Source: the human T2T-CHM13v2.0 reference genome, Homo sapiens
NCBI RefSeq assembly: GCF_009914755.1
Contig: NC_060926.1
DNA: 64,000 bases
Reading direction: 5' to 3' (one strand)
In this document: in pieces, positions 48,828 through 64,000 of the stretch
Position numbering within the stretch: position 1 is the stretch's first letter
Layout: every line of letters begins with the position of its first letter
Program-made: the position numbers and the translations under genes
Notes under the pieces: model-generated
The model's input: the letters and a program-made list of their open reading frames with translations, nothing else
Database searches by the model: none
Told to the model about the DNA's origin: nothing

Positions 48828-48993
48828 CCCAATCATCCGCCAGATCCGCCAGGCCTGTGCTCAGCCTTTTGAGGCCTTCGAGGAGTGTCTTCGACAGAAC
48901 GAGGCAGCTGTGGGCAACTGTGCAGAGCATATGCGCCGCTTCCTGCAGTGCGCTGAGCAGGTGCAGCCGCCACGCTCACCTGCAACTGTGGAG
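48828..48993 (+). CDS. CHCHD5: CHCHD5 exon 3 (166 nt), second twin-CX9C hairpin
   Basis: cccacag| and |gtaaga; CAQPFEAFEEC and CAEHMRRFLQC. Confidence 0.95.
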
Positions 48994-50634
48994 GTAAGAG
49001 GGGCTCACCTCAGTTCATCTCTTTTCTCCATAACATCCCCTTCATCCTTCTGGTTGTTCAGGGTAAAGACTTTGGAGTCATCCTCAGCCCCACCCCACCA
49101 CCACACAGGCCTTTGCCATGCATCCAGAATCCAGAACATCATCACTTCTTGCCCCATATAGCCCCTGCTTTAATCCACCACCACCCTCACCCTCCACCTC
49201 CAGGATACCTGCCCCAGCCTTCTCCCTGGTCTCCCTTCCTCCCTCTTTTCTTGCCTCCATAAAGCGGCCTGGGTGAGCATGTAAGGACTGAAATCTGGTC
49301 TCATCACACCTATGCTTAAAGCTCTCCAGTGGCTTTGTGTCACATTGAGAACAAAAGTCCAGGTCCTTGCTGGGTTCTCTGTGTTCTTCCCTAGGCTGAC
49401 TTCATCTGCCTCCTGCCTCACCCTCTCTCTTCTTTCTCACTACTCCTCATCTGCAACTGCAGAGGGGCTGGGCTGGGGTGGCCAAAAAAAGGTCACTCTT
49501 TTAAATGTATCTAATATGTAAACCAGATATACAGTATATCTGTGATATGTAAGTTTCATGGTTGGGCAATTAGAACAAAAGTCTAAAATGACTCCTTGAG
49601 GAGAGGCAGTAACGGAAAAAGGTTGAAAAATGCTCTTTTAGATGTTTACTACCCTCCTCACTGGACTGTGAGCTCCAAAGGTGAAAGTCACATCTTTCCC
49701 CAGCCCCTGTGAGTACCCTCTCCTGGGGCCCTCTCTCTGCCCCTGCAGCCCTGGCTTCTCTCTTGGGCCACCTGGCCATCCTTCTCCTGGGCCCCATGCT
49801 CCATCTTGACTTTCCAGTCATTCTTGGTGATCATCCTAGACTGATCTCAGAGGAAATCTGACCATGTTCTGCTTCTACTTACAAACCTTTCCATGGTTCT
49901 CAATTCCACCAGCCCAAGTCTTAATGCCAGCACAGCCCACAGGGCCCTGTGGGATGCAGTCCCTGCGACCCGTGGTCCCACCTCTCCTCTCTTTCCCCCT
50001 TAAGCTCTATGTTCCAGCCCCAGTGAACATGCAGTTACTCAAGTGCACGTCTCCGCTGCTTTTGTCCAGCTGTTTCCCTCTGCTGGGACTGCCCTTCCTA
50101 ATCCATCTCCTGGCTAATTCCTATTCCAGCTTAGACGGCACGTCTCTCAGAAAACCTCCCTGATGTCCCACCCACTTCCCGCCCCTGTCTTCAAGTTCCC
50201 AAGGTCCCTGAGCCCCTCCATCAAGGCTCACATCCTATGCCTGTGTCAAGGGAGCTCTTGGCTGAAGATTGGGGTGATGCCCTTCTTACCAGGCCCTATA
50301 GGCATTAATTGTTTCTGTAAGGCAAGGATAAGTGAATAGTTCAGACCCCTAGGGCAGAAACTACGACCCCTGAGAGCCGGAAGGAACTTAATTCTCCTCA
50401 GGAAACGTTACCTAACGATCACATACTGTTCTCAGTCAGCTGCTGGGGACATTTCTGTCTTTCAAGTTTTTTGGGCATCTGAACAGTAAAGACCCCATCC
50501 TCCTATCTTAGAGCCATTTGCTGCTTCCCTCCCTGGACCAGCAACCAGCCTCTCTCTGGTCTCCTTGTGGCCACCCCTGCCCTGACAGTCTTCTCTTCCC
50601 TGGCAGCCAAAGAAGCTTTTAAAAATGGGAATTA

Positions 50635-51010
<376 letters not shown>

Positions 51011-51493
51011 CTAGGGGCAGTGAGATTTGTTGTCTGGTCTACACAATAGCGAACACAAACATTCTCATCTCCTGCAGCATGGCATACAGACTTTACAGAA
51101 TGTCCTGTGTTTTTGTGGCTGACAATCAAAGTGGTACATGTCCCTCCCATTCCGCACACACCTCTGCTCTTTACCCTGATTAAATTTTCTTCATCGAATT
51201 TCTTGGATGTTGACATATTTATTGTCCGTCTCTCCCTGCTTGAGTCAGAGAGTTTTGCCTGCTGGGTACACGGCAGGTGCTCAGTAAATATAGCAGAATG
51301 GCGCGTTCCCTGCCTCCCATGACACTTCACCACAGCTGACTTTTTCACATGGCTCAGGGCCAAGGTCATTGCCCAACACCCTTCTCCCTCCAGACTGTGG
51401 GCTCTGCAGGGTCTCCCTCTGTGGTGTCTACATAGGCTCCCCAGGCTGGGCACAGAGGAGGTGGTACTAGATGTTGATGTACTTTCTCCACAG

Positions 51494-51517
51494 GCACAGC
51501 CACTTCCTGCCTCCTGA
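51494..51517 (+). CDS. CHCHD5: CHCHD5 exon 4 CDS (AQPLPAS*)
   Basis: tttctccacag| acceptor; total CDS 333 nt = 110 aa; poly(A) signal about 125 nt downstream. Confidence 0.88.
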   Translation, partial: AQPLPAS

Positions 51518-51642
51518 GGACTCCTCTGACAGCAGGAAAACTGGACATGAATGACTGCCCCCCCGCCCCTCCCCTGCAGAGTGGCCAGATGGAGTCCTGA
51601 GCCCTGGACATGGGCCCGGCTTTCCTGGATATCAGGACTTCC

Positions 51643-51652
51643 AATAAATAAA
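51643..51652 (+). terminator. CHCHD5: CHCHD5 poly(A) signal (two overlapping AATAAA)
   Basis: AATAAATAAA followed by a G/T-containing downstream stretch. Confidence 0.85.
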
Positions 51653-52561
51653 GACTCTGTATACTGGGCTTTGATTCCTGCCATCCGTACCTGAGAGGGT
51701 CCTAGGAGAGCTGGCTGGGCAGAGTCATCTGTTCCCCAGCTTCACCGGGTGTGCCAAGGAAGTGCCTGGGAAGAACAGGACTCTGCAGCTGTGCCCCAGG
51801 GTTGAGACTACCCTGCCTCCCTTGTGAACTCTGCCACACAGCCATTTCCTGACTTCTGCTGCATGTGCCTGGGGTAAAGACCCTCAATCCCTTCCACTCT
51901 AGCATTCCCCAAATTGTTATTTTTTTTTAATATATATATTTTTTATTTTATTTTTATTTTTATTTTTTTTTGAGACAGAGTCTCGCTGTCGCCCAGGTTG
52001 GAGTGCAGTGGCACGATCTCGGCTCACTGTAGGCTCCGCCCCCCGGGGTTCGTGCCATTCTCCTGCCTCAGCCTCCCTAGTAGCTGGGACTACAGGCGCC
52101 CGCCACCTCGCCCGGCTAATTTTTTTTTTTTTTTTTTTTTAGTAGAGACAGGGTTTCACCGTGTTAGCCAGGATGGTCTCGATCTCCTGACCTCGTGATC
52201 TGCCCACCTCGGCCTCCCAAATTGCTGGGATTACAGGCGTGAGCCACCACGCGCAGCCTATATATATATTTTAAAGACAACGTCTTGCTCTGTTGCCCAG
52301 GCTGGAGTACAGTGGTGCGATAATAGCTTACTGCAGCCTCGAACTCCTGGGCTCCAGTGATCCTCTGCCTCAGCCTCCACAGTAGCTAGCACTACCGTAA
52401 GCACTTGACACAGTGCCTGGCTGCATTCTCCAAATCTGTTTTCAGTTTTCTGGAGGCTTGGGGGGTGATAAATAATATGCGTCTTTCCCTGCTGAATTCA
52501 GAATCAACTGGGCAACAGAGGCATTAGGCAATGGAGATGAAAATACTGGCTTTATTATTGA

Positions 52562-53065
<504 letters not shown>

Positions 53066-53079
53066 TATGCACTGGATTT

Positions 53080-53520
53080 CTGTTCTTAGTTTCCAGTTTT
53101 CCAGAAGCCAACTCAGAATTTGAGTGCAGATGGTAATTTGAATTTGATTCCAGAAACACTGATAGAGGAATGGAGAAGGGAGACAATAGAGAGGAAGGCA
53201 GCCAATAAAAGGTGCATTATCAAGCGAGTTACCACTCTGGGCAACTGGGACTCAGTCCCACTGGGGACCTGTGGGGGACTTTATAGAACATAACCCAGTT
53301 ACCCTATCAAGGAGCAAGGGAATTGTGTTATCTACCAACTTCCCATCTGTCATTAAGGGGTATTTTCATGGGCATTGACTGGTACTTCTGGCCTGCCCTT
53401 TATAGGCCAAGTTCACTTCTGCCATCAGAAGAGGGCCGTAAGCAGAGTATAATGGGATCAAGTGAGCAGCCTTAAACCTGCGGAAGAGATGCTGAGTGGA
53501 TCTGGGCAGGTACCAACAGT
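53080..53520 (-). mobile_element. Old ERVL LTR (LTR16/LTR33-like); a related fragment lies near 56550-56650
   Basis: gaaggcagccaataaaaggtgcattatcaagcgagttaccactctgggcaactggg. Confidence 0.55.
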
Positions 53521-53965
53521 GGCTGCTGTGGCTTCTTCATGCTTCTCAGGAATACAGGCTCCTGCTGTTTGATACAGGCTCCCCAGTAGGGACTGGTCCT
53601 AAAGAATAGAAAGCAGACAGGCGTGTATGCAATAGAGGAGGAGACCCCAGAGTGCTGAGCTGAGCATGCCCATGGCCTGCACCCACATTCACCATTCAGA
53701 CGAGGCCCTCCTCCCTGGAGGTGATCCCAAACCTCTGGAAATTGGAGTAACTGGCCATTTGATACCCAAGGATTATGCTCGGCTTGGAAGAATGAGCCTG
53801 GCCTATGGGAGTCTCTCCTAGGGATTAATCTCCAAGACAAAGGAAGTTGTTCATTGGTTTAGGAGCCGGGTAGAAATCCTGTAAGTTCAGGGTTGCAAGA
53901 TTTTATACCATTTGTCTGAGCTAGGAGGAAACCCAGGTAGTGGAGAGAGAATTGTGATCAGTTCC

Positions 53966-54389
53966 TGTAACCTGCCACAATCCCTGGTGGACTGAAGAAA
54001 GGGTGGCGAATGCGGGAATAAAAGACAAGAGACAAAAGAGTATATTTGGAAGAAGGGGTCAGGGGGCACCTTGCCTCTAGTGGACAAGGGCCCTGAGCTT
54101 TACACAGCTTTCTGTATTTATTAGGCAAAAGAGATAGCGAGAAGGCAGGTAGAAGAAGAGGTCAGCTTGTCCAGAGTAGGCTTGCAAGACTGCATTCCCT
54201 AGATGTCGCAGTAGATAACCTCAAGGAGCTCGGCGCCAGGAAGCGACTGCCCTCATCAAACCTTCTGGGGCAGGCACAGAAGTGAGTTTGTCCACATTCT
54301 GTATTAATGGTAAACAGTTTGCTGTTTGATCATATAGCCCCAGTGGAATGCTGAGTTGGTCACATCCCACAGGCCTTTGGCTCCCTGCA
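53966..54389 (-). mobile_element. Solo LTR3-type LTR (HERV-K HML-6), 424 bp
   Basis: TG...CA ends; 6-bp TSD AGTTCC (53960-53965 and 54390-54395); - strand begins TGCAGGGAGCCAAAGGCCTGTGGGATGTGACCAACTCAGCATTCCAC; AATAAA on the - strand near 54120. Confidence 0.85.
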
Positions 54390-54829
54390 AGTTCCTGTCC
54401 CTGAAAGGGTCTGGATCCTGGTGGCTTTTTGTTTCCATCTCTAGTTTCCATGGGCTGTGGTGGATGTTTTCAGCCCACTCCACTTGCTTGAGTAAGCTTG
54501 AGTGGGGTTCTATGCCATGCAACTAAAAGAAGTGTGATTAAAACAGACAAAATGGAGATCCAGACTACACTTTAGAACATCTCTATGTGTCCTGTCTTAC
54601 AATAGGCTAGACTAGCTTCTTTATATGATGGTCTCAGGGGTCCAAGAGAGTGAAAATGGAAACTTCAGACATCACTTTTACCACATTCTATTGGTCAAAG
54701 CAGTCATGAGCCCAGCTGAGATTAAAGAGATGGGGAGACTTTACTTCTTGATAGCATTTGGCTGCAAAAAAATTGTGCCTATATTTAAATTACTGCAACA
54801 ACTTCATAGTGTTTCTTCTTGTGTCAGTT

Positions 54830-55136
54830 TTGATATTTGAAGGTGGGGGTCTTTGGGAGGTAATTAAGATTAGACAAGGTCATCAGGGTGGGGCCACCAT
54901 GATGGGACTGGTGGTTTTATAAGAAAAGGAAAAAAGACCTGAACTGGTCTGCTCTTGCCCTTTCACCATGTGACGCTCTCTGCCATGTTATGATGTGGCA
55001 CGAAGGCCCTCACCAGATGCAGGCACCGTGCTCTTGGACTTCCCACTCTCCAGAACTATAAGGAATAATTTTCTTTTTCTTAAATTACCCTGTCTATTGT
55101 ATTCTGTTATAGCAACAGAAAATAGACTAAAACAAA
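54830..55136 (+). mobile_element. MaLR LTR (MST/MLT1A-type)
   Basis: gaaggccctcaccagatgcaggcacc...ttggacttcccactctccagaactataag...tgttatagcaacagaaaatagactaaaaca. Confidence 0.75.
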
Positions 55137-55359
55137 CATCTACATTTTCAAATTGCCATCAACTTGTTAATAATATCCTCATAGTATATTTTTAAGGTTT
55201 GTAGAATCTGTAGTGATAACTGACATTGGTTATTGGTATGCTCTTCCTTTTTTTTTAATCGATTTTGAGAGAGGGTTATCAATTTTGTTAATCTTCACAG
55301 AAATTACTTTTGGCTTTGTTGACACTTTATTTTGTACATTTGTTTTTAACTAGTTCTCT

Positions 55360-63880
<8,521 letters not shown>

Positions 63881-64000
63881 AAAAAAAAAAATCGTTATAT
63901 ATATATATAAAATCTCCTTTCTCAGATTTTCCTCCTGTGGACATTTTGCTTTATTTGCTTCATTGCTTTTCTTTCTCTCTGTTCTTTTATTTTTGGAGAC

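Overview
Primate, almost certainly human, genomic DNA with high Alu, L1 and DNA-transposon content. It holds two complete intron-containing genes on the + strand. POLR1B (RNA polymerase I second-largest subunit, RPA2/RPA135) has 15 coding exons reconstructed by hand at 5145-38367, giving a 3408-nt CDS and 1135 aa; every junction is GT-AG and frame-consistent. CHCHD5 (mitochondrial twin-CX9C protein) has 4 coding exons at 47276-51517, 110 aa, with the start codon split AT|G by intron 1. From memory this is the human 2q14.1 locus. Each gene has a CpG-island promoter. The rest is interspersed repeats (nested L1s, roughly 60 Alus or Alu fragments, Tigger/MER DNA transposons, MaLR/ERV LTRs including an LTR3 solo LTR) and a Y3 RNA retropseudogene. 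Almost all of the six-frame ORF track is Alu/L1-derived noise. I found no convincing new gene system. The most interesting observations are regulatory: (1) a 25-bp tandem duplication that sets the frame of a candidate N-terminally extended POLR1B isoform; (2) POLR1B exon 13 begins with GTAAGC and so regenerates a 5' splice site after ligation; (3) the CHCHD5 split start codon gives ATG-TGA, M-R-P-stop or the real protein depending on splicing; (4) a triple Kozak-like GGGCGCCGCCRTGAC repeat upstream of CHCHD5. Repeat family names are from recall of consensus sequences and their boundaries are approximate.
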